Part shown: piece after piece, positions 19,992 through 30,388 of the stretch | Numbering within the stretch: the stretch's first letter is position 1 | Layout: each line of letters begins with the position of its first letter | Assembly (NCBI GenBank): GCA_963732005.1 | Contig: CAVSXT010000005.1 | Location: 237,788 to 301,787 of the forward strand | DNA from: an uncultured Acidobacteriota bacterium | Lineage (GTDB): Bacteria > Acidobacteriota > Thermoanaerobaculia > Multivoradales > UBA5704 | Reading direction: 5' to 3' | Length of the DNA stretch: 64,000 nt | The notes under the pieces: generated by a model | What the model was told of the DNA's origin: nothing | Database searches by the model: none | The model's input: only the letters and a program-made list of their open reading frames with translations | Position numbers and translations under genes: made by a program

Positions 19992-22223
19992 TCATTCCCA
20001 GGCGAGCTCGATGCGATCGAGCACCGCGCCGTTGAGGGCGCCCGGGGGGTGCGGGCCGTGGGCGGTGAGCACCAGAGCGGCGCCCGGCGGCCAATCAAAG
20101 GGTCCCAGGCTCAGCTCCTCCCAGGCGCGGTCGCGCACCGGCGTCCAGACCGCCAGCAGGCGGCCGCCGGCGGCGATCTCGACCTCGAAGGGCACAGGTT
20201 GGTTGCGGATCAGCTCGGCGTCGAGCGTCAGCCGCACCAGGCGGCCGCCGGCGACGACCGGCGCACGCACCTGGTCGCCCACCCGCAGCACCCAGCCGCC
20301 CCGGTAATCGGTGCGCTCGATCACCCAGCGGTCGGGGTAGAGGTGGCCGCCGAGCTTGATCACCGGTGGATCCTCGAGCTCGACGACGCGGGTCGGGATC
20401 CGCGCGGCGGCGATCGGCAGGACGGCGGCGGCGGCGAGCACGGCGGCGATGCCGGCCAGCGCCGCCGGCAGGCCTCGCCGGCGGGGCAGCCACCAGGCGC
20501 CGACGATCGCTGCCAGCGAGACCGGCGGCCAGAGCCAGGTGGCGGTGCGCGGCCGCACCGCGCTCGGGAAGAACCGCGCCAGGTCGGCGCCAAGCCGCGA
20601 GCCGAGATGGTCGAGAACGTAGGTGCGCCCGTCCGCGAAGTTGTAGGTCCAGCCGGGGACCACGATCCAGACGACGGTCAGGACCAGGGTCAGGGAGCCC
20701 AGACCGGCAAGCAGCCAGCGCGCTCCCGGACGGTGACGGCGGGCGAGCAGCGGCGCCAGCGCCAGGCCGAGCAGCGGCAGGGCGATCAGCGCGTAGCGGA
20801 ACGGCGGCGACCAGCCGCCGTACCATTCGCCGCGCGGGGTCACCACCATCAGGTAGGGCAGGGTGAGAACGGCGAGGTGGGCTGGCAGCGCCGCACGGCG
20901 GGCGAGCAGCAGCGCCACGGCCGGCAGCAGCAGCAGCCAGATCGGCGCGAAGGCGAACAACCCGAAGGCGCAGTCGTAGAGCAGCCCGAGGCCGCCGCCC
21001 AGGTAGTCCTGCAGCGTGTGGCGGTTGGGATCGATCTCCTGCCAGCTGTGGATCTTCAGCGGGTTCGAGTAGAGCCACAGGTTGTACAGCAGGATGCCGC
21101 CCACCAGCGCCAGCAGGATCGTCCCCAGCGCCAGCAGCTGGCGGCGGTGCGACGGCTGCCTCGCGGTCCGCCAGGCGGCCAGCACTACCAGCGGTGCCGC
21201 GATCAGGATGAAGCGGATCTTGAGCAGCGGCAGCAGCAGCACCGGGATCGCGATGGCCAGCCAGGCGCGGCGGATCGGCGGCGGGGCGTCCGCCGGCGCG
21301 GGCGCCAGCGCCAGGATCTGGTCGAGCGCTGCTGCCGCGAGCAGTGCGGCGGGGACCTCGACCCATACCTGGTAGGAATAGAGCAGCAGCGGCGGCGCCA
21401 GCGCCACCCAGGCATAGACCGCCATTGTTTCGCCGGGAAGCTCGGCGGCGTAGTGCCGGCCGAGGCGCAGGGTCAGCCAGGCCAGCGCCGCGGTCAGCAG
21501 CGCCATGGTGATCAGGGCGCCGGCCTTGCCGGCCAGGCGATAGGCCGGGACCAGGGCCAGTGGCAGCAGCGCGTTGTGGCGGGAGTAGATCTCGCCGTGC
21601 CGGCCCACCGGATCGCCGGGCTGCGGCGCGATCGGGCGGTCCATGAAATGGCGCCAGTCGCCGGCGGCGTAATTGTTCGCCAGGTCGGTGTCGCCGTCGT
21701 AAGCCAGGCTGTGGGCGAGCAGCAGGTTGTAGGGCTCGTCGCCGTCCGGCTGGCGATGCCCGGCGGACCAGGGCAGGATGGCGAGATAGACCGTCAGCGG
21801 CAGCCAGAAGAACAGCGCCGAGGGGCGCGAGCCGAGCCGGTGCCCGAGCAGCGGCCGCAGCGCCGGCAGCTGCCGCGCCAGCCGATGGGCGAGCACCAGC
21901 AGCAGGCCGGCGGCCAGGATCTCACTGGCGTATGGCAAGCCCATCGCCGGCCGGGCGAAGGCCGCCGCTACCAGCAAGCCCAGCGCCGCCAGCTCGCCGG
22001 CGCTGCCGGCCCGCGGCAGCCGGCGGGCGCCCTGCCGCACGCCCCAGTGGTGAATTCCGAACAGGGCCGCTAGGACCAGCGGCAGGAGAGCCATGGTCCC
22101 CGCCAGCGGGTCGTCGGCCGGCAACGGCGGAAACCGCGACATCGCCGCGGTGGCGAGCGCCGCGGCGATGAACGCCGCCGCCACCTTGGCGACCGGTTCG
22201 AAGGCCGCGGGCTTATCTTTCAA
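19992..22223 (-). CDS. Multi-pass membrane protein, probable GT-C fold glycosyltransferase
   Basis: More than 10 hydrophobic segments; loop motif 'PDGDEPYNLLLAHSL..DGDTDL.NNY' with the acidic pair typical of GT-C enzymes; lies in a glycan cluster. Confidence 0.6.
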   Translation of the reverse strand: MKDKPAAFEPVAKVAAAFIAAALATAAMSRFPPLPADDPLAGTMALLPLVLAALFGIHHWGVRQGARRLPRAGSAGELAALGLLVAAAFARPAMGLPYASEILAAGLLLVLAHRLARQLPALRPLLGHRLGSRPSALFFWLPLTVYLAILPWSAGHRQPDGDEPYNLLLAHSLAYDGDTDLANNYAAGDWRHFMDRPIAPQPGDPVGRHGEIYSRHNALLPLALVPAYRLAGKAGALITMALLTAALAWLTLRLGRHYAAELPGETMAVYAWVALAPPLLLYSYQVWVEVPAALLAAAALDQILALAPAPADAPPPIRRAWLAIAIPVLLLPLLKIRFILIAAPLVVLAAWRTARQPSHRRQLLALGTILLALVGGILLYNLWLYSNPLKIHSWQEIDPNRHTLQDYLGGGLGLLYDCAFGLFAFAPIWLLLLPAVALLLARRAALPAHLAVLTLPYLMVVTPRGEWYGGWSPPFRYALIALPLLGLALAPLLARRHRPGARWLLAGLGSLTLVLTVVWIVVPGWTYNFADGRTYVLDHLGSRLGADLARFFPSAVRPRTATWLWPPVSLAAIVGAWWLPRRRGLPAALAGIAAVLAAAAVLPIAAARIPTRVVELEDPPVIKLGGHLYPDRWVIERTDYRGGWVLRVGDQVRAPVVAGGRLVRLTLDAELIRNQPVPFEVEIAAGGRLLAVWTPVRDRAWEELSLGPFDWPPGAALVLTAHGPHPPGALNGAVLDRIELAWE

Positions 22224-24633
22224 GATCCACCTGGTACAGGGCCAGGCCGGTGGTCGGCGGCAAGCCGGCGGCGAGGTCGATCTCCACGCGGGCGTAGCTG
22301 CCGGCGCGCGGCAGCCGCAGGCGGGTACGGTAGCGCTGGCCGAAGAAATCGCCGGCCACCCAGGCCAGCCAGGGCCGCGGTGCGATCAGGCCCGAGGTGG
22401 CAGCCAGGTCGGGCCGGCGCGCCGCCCACTCGCCGGTGTCCTCGCCGGCGCGCAGTTGCAGCTCGACCGGCGCGAAGCCAGTGCCGAGCAGTCGTATCCG
22501 CGCCACCGGCGTGCCGGCGGCCAGGCCGGCCGCGTTGACGAGGCTGGTCTGCAACTCCAGGCCGCGGATGCGCCCCAGCCCGAGGTCGGCGCGCCAGAGT
22601 GGACGGCCGCCGTCGAGCAGCACGGCGTCGCCGCCGTCGAGGAGGGCAGTGCTCGGGGATGCCAGCCGGGGGCCCACCAGGGCGGCGAACAGCGCGATGC
22701 CGGCAGCGGTTGCCGCACGCCGCCCGGCGGCGGCTGCCGGGCGCGCTCCGGCGAGGCCTGCCGTGCGCCGGCCGGCGAGGCCTGCCATGCGCAGGCCGGC
22801 GAGGTCTGCGGTGCGCAGGCCGGCAGGGGCTGCTCTCGCCGGTTGCCGCAACTTCGGCGTACGGCGTAAGGCCACGCCGGTGACGGCGGTTAGCAGGATC
22901 GCGCCGGCGCCGATCGCCGCCGCCAGTCGCGGCCCGGCGCCATCGCCGCCACCGATCAACGCCAAGGCGTCGGCCAGCGGATCCTGGCGCAGCCAGGGAT
23001 AGGACGCCAGCAGAGTGGTGCCGAGCAGCAGTGCCGCGCTCCAGACCGCCGCCAGGCCAGCCGCTGCGCCCGTAGCCGGCAGGGCGAGCGCCGCCAGTGC
23101 CAGAGGGGCCGCCAGCGCCGAGCGATTGGGTAGCCAGGGGGTGGCGGATGCGAGCAGCAGGGCGGCGACCAGTAGAGTCCGGGAGCGGCGCTGCCGCGCC
23201 GCCGGCAGCGCGGCGGGTACCAGCATCACCAGCCAGGCCAGGGCGGCGGCCCCTTCGTGCCAGGAAGCATGGGCGGCGAGCGGGCCGGGAAGGTTCAAGC
23301 CTGCCAGCGCCGCGCCGCGCGTCACCGCTGCCAGCGCCAAAGCCCCGGAAGCTGCCAGACCGGGGCGCCAGACCGCCAGGCCGGCGAGCGCCATGGCCCA
23401 GCCGGCACGCGGTTCCCAGGCGATCGGTAGCGCCAGCGCCAGCAAGCCTGGTGTCACTCGCGCCCAGGCCGGCCAGGCCGCCGTGGATGCCCAGATTGGC
23501 CACGCGCGCCAGGTCGTCCTCGGCGCTGGCGCTGGCAGCCGTGGTTCGCCGGTTCCGACCGTGGAGGGGGCCTCGCCCGCTCCGGGGAGGCTGGCGCCGC
23601 CGGCCAGTGCCACGAGCGCCAGGGTAGTTGCCACCGTCCAGCCAGGGGCCAGCACCGCCGCCACGGTGGCCGCAGCCAGCGCCGGCAGCAGGCCGCGACG
23701 GCGCCAGAGCAGCGCCAGCGCGGCACCGGCGGCCACCGGCAGCGCGACGAGCGCCATCCAGGGCCGCAGCGATCGCCCCGGTGCGAACAGCAGCTCGCCT
23801 CGCAGCAGCACCTGGCAGCCGAAGCAGAGCGCGATGGCTGCCCCCAAGCGAATCCGGCCAGAGCCGCTAGAGCCGCTAGAGCCACTAGAGCCGCCGGAGC
23901 CGCGAGAGGTGCTGAGGGCGCCAAGGGCGCCAAAGCCGCCTGAGCCAGGCGGGCGTGAGCGGGTGTCCGTGCGGTCGGCGCCTGCTGCGGCGCTCGGTCC
24001 CACGGAATGGCGATCCATGCTGGCGGGATCGGTGCCGCCGCTGCCACTCGTGATCGCCGACAGCCGCAGCAGCTGGCGTCCCACCGCGACGGCGAGAGAA
24101 GCAGCGAGCAGCGCCATCACCGCCGCGCCGCGCCCTGGGCCGGCGGGCAGCGCCCAGACTGCCGCCACCGCCAGGGCCGCCCCGAGCCCCAGCTCGGCAG
24201 CCGGTGGGGGTGCCAGAGCTGCCACCGCCACCAGCACCGCCGCGGCCAAGCGCCCGAGGTAGGCGCCTTCGGCCGCAGCCGCCGGATCGACCTCGTGTGC
24301 CGCGAAGCAGCCGATCGCCGCCAGCGCCGCAGGTGGCAGCGCCCACCGGGCCAGCCTGACTTTCAGAGGATGAGCTCGCACGCGCGCCGGCAGGACGGGA
24401 ACATGGCACAGCGCCGGATCGCGTGCTGCCCGCGCTGTCGATGACAGCCGCGCGGCGGCCGCAACCAGCGGGGCACCGAGGTGCGCCGAGTCTAAACGCC
24501 GATTCCCTTCCGTAGCAACCTGCCGGCGCGGCGACAGCGAGGCAGATCCCCACTGACGCCGCGCGGGTTTTGCCCTGGTCCCGTCATCAGAGGGCTGGTC
24601 CGGCCGCCGCCCGCCGGGCCACCGCAGTGACAC
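22213..24633 (-). CDS. Hypothetical multi-pass membrane protein (true start uncertain)
   Basis: Long ORF with many Ala/Leu TM-like segments; overlaps the next gene's start by 11 nt. Confidence 0.55.
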   Translation of the reverse strand: MSLRWPGGRRPDQPSDDGTRAKPARRQWGSASLSPRRQVATEGNRRLDSAHLGAPLVAAAARLSSTARAARDPALCHVPVLPARVRAHPLKVRLARWALPPAALAAIGCFAAHEVDPAAAAEGAYLGRLAAAVLVAVAALAPPPAAELGLGAALAVAAVWALPAGPGRGAAVMALLAASLAVAVGRQLLRLSAITSGSGGTDPASMDRHSVGPSAAAGADRTDTRSRPPGSGGFGALGALSTSRGSGGSSGSSGSSGSGRIRLGAAIALCFGCQVLLRGELLFAPGRSLRPWMALVALPVAAGAALALLWRRRGLLPALAAATVAAVLAPGWTVATTLALVALAGGASLPGAGEAPSTVGTGEPRLPAPAPRTTWRAWPIWASTAAWPAWARVTPGLLALALPIAWEPRAGWAMALAGLAVWRPGLAASGALALAAVTRGAALAGLNLPGPLAAHASWHEGAAALAWLVMLVPAALPAARQRRSRTLLVAALLLASATPWLPNRSALAAPLALAALALPATGAAAGLAAVWSAALLLGTTLLASYPWLRQDPLADALALIGGGDGAGPRLAAAIGAGAILLTAVTGVALRRTPKLRQPARAAPAGLRTADLAGLRMAGLAGRRTAGLAGARPAAAAGRRAATAAGIALFAALVGPRLASPSTALLDGGDAVLLDGGRPLWRADLGLGRIRGLELQTSLVNAAGLAAGTPVARIRLLGTGFAPVELQLRAGEDTGEWAARRPDLAATSGLIAPRPWLAWVAGDFFGQRYRTRLRLPRAGSYARVEIDLAAGLPPTTGLALYQVDLER
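22751..22822. repeat. 24-bp imperfect tandem repeat x3 (in-frame AG[LR]R[TM]A[DG]L)
   Basis: Units start at 22751, 22775 and 22799: GCGAGG[C/T]CTGC..TGCGC.GGCCG. Confidence 0.8.
23861..23902. repeat. 9-bp tandem repeat (GAGCCGCTA-like) encoding a (GSS)n linker
   Basis: GAGCCGCTA GAGCCGCTA GAGCCACTA GAGCCGCCG GAGCCG. Confidence 0.75.
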
Positions 24634-24714
24634 CGCGGATGGGGACCTGCGGCGCTGCGGTTCGACTCGGCGGTCAGCTAAGGAGATCTGCGTCCCGGCG
24701 CGCGAGCCCCAGGG

Positions 24715-24885
24715 CTAGCACTTGTGGATCGGGCAGGTTGATTGGCAGGTGTAGGCGTTGCAAGTTGGAGCGTTGATCGTCGGCTGGACGAAGCCTGCTG
24801 CCACCTCTCCGAGCCGGTCGGCCGTGAGCCGCAGGAGCGTCTCGCTGTTCAACCGGAGGCCGCGGGTCGTGGTGAGTCTCTTCAT
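24715..24885 (-). CDS. Putative RiPP (class I lanthipeptide-like) precursor, 56 aa
   Basis: MKRLTTTRGLRLNSETLLRLTADRLGEVAAG-FVQPTINAPTCNAYTCQSTCPIHKC. RBS GAGGAG; LxLx[K/S]x5L-type leader; Thr/Ser/Cys-rich core. Confidence 0.6.
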   Translation of the reverse strand: MKRLTTTRGLRLNSETLLRLTADRLGEVAAGFVQPTINAPTCNAYTCQSTCPIHKC

Positions 24886-25174
24886 TTGGTCTTCTCCTCG
24901 AGAGGATGCGAGGGGCCCCATGCCCTCCACATCGAGAGACGCTGTCTCTGTATTGTCTCTGCATTTAGAAGTGTGCGAATAGTGCCAAATGGGACCTGGA
25001 CACGAGTTCGCTGCAGGCGTCAACCCGCCGATCGCTGCCGTCTCGCGTGTCGCACGGCACCCTGCGCGGGCGGTGGCAGGTGCCGAGGCCGGTACGGGAC
25101 CGGGTCAAGCCACTCGGCAAGCGGGGACTCCGCCGGCTTCGTACACGGGTCCGGGCGGGATAAACTGCCCGGCC

Positions 25175-26562
<1,388 letters not shown>

Positions 26563-26580
26563 GTAGAATCAATAGTTTAA

Positions 26581-26640
26581 GTGCCACGCCTGAAGGTCGT
26601 TGCTTGTGCCGGGAACGCGATTTGTGCCAAAATTGTGCCA
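26581..26640 (+). repeat. Direct repeats (TTGTGCCA), candidate integrase arm-type sites
   Basis: GTGCCA at 26581, TTGTGCC at 26604, TTGTGCCA at 26622 and 26633 (11-bp period), between the tRNA and the integrase. Confidence 0.6.
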
Positions 26641-26642
26641 CT

Positions 26643-27683
26643 GTGGCTTACTTCCAGAAGCGAGTGGGCAGGCGCGGCCAGGTTTCCTGGCTGGTCAGGG
26701 TGCGCATCGGGAGCGAGTGTCGGACGAAGACGTTTCGCCGGAAGGCCGACGCTGAGCGCTGGGGCGGAAAGACGGAGGACGCTCTGCGGGACGGCGTCCG
26801 TCTCCCCGGTCGCGAGGAGAGGCGGCGGACTGTGGGCGACATGATCGCGCGCTACCGCGAGAAGGTCGTCCCGCGCTACCGACCACGAGAGCAGCTTCAA
26901 AGGGGAAGCAAGCTGGCCTGGTGGGAGCGCGAGCTAGGAGGCAGGCGTCTGGTCGAGCTCTCGGCGGCAGATATCGGTGAAGCTCTGGACCGGCTCACCT
27001 GCGGTCCCGCCACGGCGAACCGCTATCTGACGGTGCTCAAGCATGTGCTGTCCATCGCGCGCAGGGAGTGGGAATGGGTGGTGGACAATCCCGCGACCCG
27101 AGTCCGGGCGCGCAAGGAGCCGCGCGGGCGGCTCCGTTACCTTTCGGAGCAAGAGCGTCGCCGGCTCCTGGCTGCCTGCCGCGCCAGCGACGAGCCGCGG
27201 TTGTATGCGCTGGTGGTCGTCGCCCTGGGAACCGGCGCGCGACAGGGGGAGCTGCTCAGCCTTCGCTGGAGCGATGTCGACCTGGATCGCTGCCGGGCGA
27301 CCCTTGAACACACGAAGAACGGTGAGCGCCGCGTGTTGCCTCTCGAGGGTCCCGTGCTGGATATCCTGCGGGAGAGGAAGGCGCGGCGCGAGGACGGTAT
27401 CGACGAGGTCTTTGGCAGCCAGCGTGGGTTGGCTACGTTTCCGCGGAATGCATGGGAGGAGGCGATCAAAGCGGCCGGTGTAGCGGATTTCCACTTCCAC
27501 GATATTCGTCATACGTTCGCCAGCTACATGGCCATGAGCGGCGCCACGCTGGCCGAGCTGGCCGAGGCCCTGGGGCACAAGACGCTGGCGATGGTGAAGC
27601 GCTATGCGCACCTCAGCGAGGCGCACACGTCCGGTGTGGTGAAAAGGATGACGGAGAAGTTCCTGGTTGGCGGTGTCTCCTAG
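26643..27683 (+). CDS. Tyrosine recombinase / phage-type integrase
   Basis: Catalytic set: 'TGARQGEL' (R), 'TKNG' (K), 'FHDIRHTFAS' (HxxR), 'LGHK' (H), 'RYAH' (Y). GTG start at 26643 preferred over the ORF-track start inside the tRNA. Confidence 0.93.
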   Translation: MAYFQKRVGRRGQVSWLVRVRIGSECRTKTFRRKADAERWGGKTEDALRDGVRLPGREERRRTVGDMIARYREKVVPRYRPREQLQRGSKLAWWERELGGRRLVELSAADIGEALDRLTCGPATANRYLTVLKHVLSIARREWEWVVDNPATRVRARKEPRGRLRYLSEQERRRLLAACRASDEPRLYALVVVALGTGARQGELLSLRWSDVDLDRCRATLEHTKNGERRVLPLEGPVLDILRERKARREDGIDEVFGSQRGLATFPRNAWEEAIKAAGVADFHFHDIRHTFASYMAMSGATLAELAEALGHKTLAMVKRYAHLSEAHTSGVVKRMTEKFLVGGVS

Positions 27684-27696
27684 CAGATAAAGCCCC

Positions 27697-27882
27697 TCAA
27701 TCTTCGATCCCGAGGAACCGCCGCACCGCTTCCCGGATCAGTGCGGCCTCCGACCTGCGCTCCTGGAAGGCCCGAAGCCGTAGCGCCTCGGCTTCGTCCT
27801 CGTGAAACCAGGCGCACTTCCGCGTCCCGGTGCCGGTGATCCCCGCTACGGGGTCGTCCTCATCCTTGCGCCGTGTCGCCAT
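27697..27882 (-). CDS. Small ribbon-helix-helix (CopG-like) protein
   Basis: 'RKCAWFHEDEAEALRLRAFQERRSEAALIREAVRRFLG'; 61 aa; convergent with the integrase. Confidence 0.65.
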   Translation of the reverse strand: MATRRKDEDDPVAGITGTGTRKCAWFHEDEAEALRLRAFQERRSEAALIREAVRRFLGIED

Positions 27883-28021
27883 GGTGCAATGAGCATAGAA
27901 CAGTGGCCATGGCCATCTTGCGCCGTGGCGCCATGATGCCATAGACTGCCAGTAAACCAAGCGGCCCCGGCGCAGGGTGCGACCTGACGCCGGAGCCTGA
28001 CCCGACACGGGAGAGAACCCC

Positions 28022-28357
28022 ATGCCAAGCTGTGATGAGCTTAGACCACCGGAGCCAGGCGCCCCCTGGACCCCCGCCAGAGCGCAAGCGCAACTGGCCG
28101 ACGAGGCGAACGCCCTGCGCGCCATCGCAGACCGCCTCTCGGACGTGCACGCCTGGCTGCCTCCTCCCCCGGACCTGGCCGACCGCCAGGAGCACCGCAA
28201 GCCCTACGACGTGGCAACCGACGTGCTGGCGACCATCGAATGCGTCCTGGAAGACAACCTGCGGCCGGCAATCGAGAGCCTCGAGGCGTCGGCCCAGGTC
28301 ACGGACGAGGCATTACTTCTGGCGTTCGTGGAGGAGTGCCGCAGGTGGCAGCCATGA
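28022..28357 (+). CDS. Hypothetical helical protein
   Basis: RBS GGGAGAG; stop overlaps the next start (ATGA); protein-like composition. Confidence 0.6.
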   Translation: MPSCDELRPPEPGAPWTPARAQAQLADEANALRAIADRLSDVHAWLPPPPDLADRQEHRKPYDVATDVLATIECVLEDNLRPAIESLEASAQVTDEALLLAFVEECRRWQP

Positions 28358-28596
28358 GGTCCGACGAACGGGTCGCCTCCCAGGTCGGCAAGTCCCTCCG
28401 GCGCCTCCGGCTTGAGCGCGATCTCAATCAGAAGCAGGTCGCCGGACGGGCCGGGATCACCAGCTCAATGCTCAGCCGCTACGAGCAGGGACACCATCAC
28501 CCCTCCCTTCCCGTGCTGGTCAAGGTGCTCCGCGCCCTGGACTGCTCGGCCGAGGACTTCGGCAAGCGCTTGGGACCCTGGGGGCGCCTACCGTGA
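28354..28596 (+). CDS. XRE-family helix-turn-helix protein
   Basis: 'LRRLRLERDLNQKQVAGRAGITSSMLSRYEQG...PSL..LVKVLRAL'. Confidence 0.88.
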   Translation: MRSDERVASQVGKSLRRLRLERDLNQKQVAGRAGITSSMLSRYEQGHHHPSLPVLVKVLRALDCSAEDFGKRLGPWGRLP

Positions 28597-28799
28597 GGTC
28601 CACCCAATCGGCGGCGAGCTTGAGCGCGCGAGCGGCATCGCCGTCAACGCAATCTGCGCCTACAAGTCCCGGCGGCGGCGCCCGCCGCCGGCGGCCGTCG
28701 AACGCTTTGCTCATCGCGATGGGCCGCACCTGGGAATCGCTCGACCTGGCGCGGGCGCTCCTGCGTGAGGTCGGCGCTTTCGACGGCGAAGCGCGCTGA
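28593..28799 (+). pseudogene. Frameshifted XRE-type HTH gene
   Basis: HTH 'ELERASGIAVNAICAYKSRRRRPPPAAVER' lies in a different frame from the start and from the tail 'LLIAMGRTWESLDLARALL'; two compensating shifts at about 28614 and 28706. Confidence 0.45.
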
Positions 28800-29017
28800 C
28801 CGATCCCCTTCCGCGTCAGCTCGCGGAAGGCGACCACCGCCATGTAGTCGATCCGCTCGCAGCGGCAGGGGCCGACGCAGAGGCGCTTCCAGTCGCAATC
28901 CCGCCTGAATGATCTGGACTCTTCCGACGAGCTCAACCAGAAACTTCATAGTCTGGCCGACGGGATCGAGTCGCAATCCCACCTGACTGATCTGGTCTCT
29001 TCCGACGCTCCTCTTCC

Positions 29018-30388
29018 GAGGTACCCTCAGAAGGTGTGGAAATGCAGAAGGCGGTGTAGCCTACCTCTGACGTTCCAAAACCCGGGCTGGCAGGCCCGAG
29101 AACGAGGGAGGAACACCGCCGTGGTCGAGAAGATCACCGACAAGCGATCGACGTCAAGCGAGGCATGGGAGTCGCTCGAGAGCTGGGTGAGGGGGAAAGT
29201 GCAGGACTTCGTGCAAGCTCTGCTGGAAGAGGAAGTTACGGAGCTGCTCGGGCGTGCAAAGTCGGCGAGGAGAGCGACGGTGAACGCGGACGCCGGCTAC
29301 CGCAATGGCCACGGCAAGCCGCGGCGACTGACGTTGAGCAGCGGCACGATCACGGTGCGCCGGCCGCGGGTGCGGGATCTCGAGGAGCGGTTCGAGAGCC
29401 GGGTACTGCCGCTGTTCGCCAAGCGGACGCGCGAGGTCGACGGGCTGATCCCGGAGCTCTACCTGCACGGGTTGGCCGAGGGGGACTTTGACCTGGCGCT
29501 ACGCGGCCTGCTCGGGGAGGAAGCGCCGCTGTCGGCCTCGACCGTGGCGCGGCTGAAGGCGAATTGGCAGGTGGAGTACGACGAGTGGCGGCGCCGGCGG
29601 CTCGACGGTCTTGAGCTCACCTACCTGTGGGTGGACGGCCTCTACGTGAAAGCAGGGCTCGAGAAGGACAAGGCCGCGGTGCTCGTCGCCATCGGCGGGC
29701 TGTCGGATGGACGCAAGGTCGTGCTCGCGGTGATGCCCGGTCAGCGCGAGTCCACCGAGAGCTGGTCGGCGATGCTGCGCGATCTGAAGGCTCGCGGCCT
29801 GGTCTGCCCGCGCCTGGCGGTCGCGGACGGTCACCTGGGCATCTGGGGGGCGCTCCGCAACGTCTACCCGGAAGCTTCGGAGCAGCGGTGCTGGAACCAC
29901 CGAATCGTCAACGTGCTCGACAAGGTCCCGCAGCGACTCCATGAAGAGGCCAAGCCGCTGCTGTGCACGATCCCCTACGCGGCAACGCGCGGCGAAGCTG
30001 AGGCGGCCAAGCAGCGGTTCGCGCGCTGGTGCCGCACGCGCGGCCAGCAGGCGGCAGCTGAGCTACTCGACCATGACTGGGATCGCATGGTCACCTTCTA
30101 CCAGTTCCCAGAGCCGCACTGGCGCCACCTGCGGACCACCAACATCGTCGAGTCGCCGTTCTGCGGCCTGCGGCTCCGCACCGACGCCGCCAGGCGGTAC
30201 AAGAAAGTCGAGCACGCGACGGCCGTACTCTGGAAGTTGCTGCTCGTTGCCGAGCGGCGCTTCCGCCGACTCAACTCACCCGTTCTGTTGAAGGAAGTCT
30301 TCGCAGGAGTGCAGTACATCGATGGAGTACGAGCGCGCCGCGAGGAGGCCGCCGCCTGATGCGTTTACACACCTCTTGACGGAACCTC
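29018..30388 (+). mobile_element. IS256-family insertion sequence (1371 bp) inside a CRISPR spacer
   Basis: 28-bp imperfect IRs (GAGGTACCCTCAGAAGGTGTGGAAATGC vs rc GAGGTTCCGTCAAGAGGTGTGTAAACGC, 22/28); 9-bp TSD TCCTCTTCC at 29009-29017 and 30389-30397. Confidence 0.93.
29121..30359 (+). CDS. IS256-family (Mutator-like) DDE transposase
   Basis: 'GYRNGH', 'LWVDG', 'ESTESW', 'AVADGHLG', 'QRCWNH', 'LRTTNIVES'. GTG start after GAGGGAGG. Confidence 0.93.
   Translation: MVEKITDKRSTSSEAWESLESWVRGKVQDFVQALLEEEVTELLGRAKSARRATVNADAGYRNGHGKPRRLTLSSGTITVRRPRVRDLEERFESRVLPLFAKRTREVDGLIPELYLHGLAEGDFDLALRGLLGEEAPLSASTVARLKANWQVEYDEWRRRRLDGLELTYLWVDGLYVKAGLEKDKAAVLVAIGGLSDGRKVVLAVMPGQRESTESWSAMLRDLKARGLVCPRLAVADGHLGIWGALRNVYPEASEQRCWNHRIVNVLDKVPQRLHEEAKPLLCTIPYAATRGEAEAAKQRFARWCRTRGQQAAAELLDHDWDRMVTFYQFPEPHWRHLRTTNIVESPFCGLRLRTDAARRYKKVEHATAVLWKLLLVAERRFRRLNSPVLLKEVFAGVQYIDGVRARREEAAA

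Noticed and set aside
24989-25174. Extended N-terminus of SerS
   Set aside because: Homology-like sequence begins at [11 protein letters not shown] (ATG 25175); the upstream region is the intergenic space shared with the divergent peptide gene.
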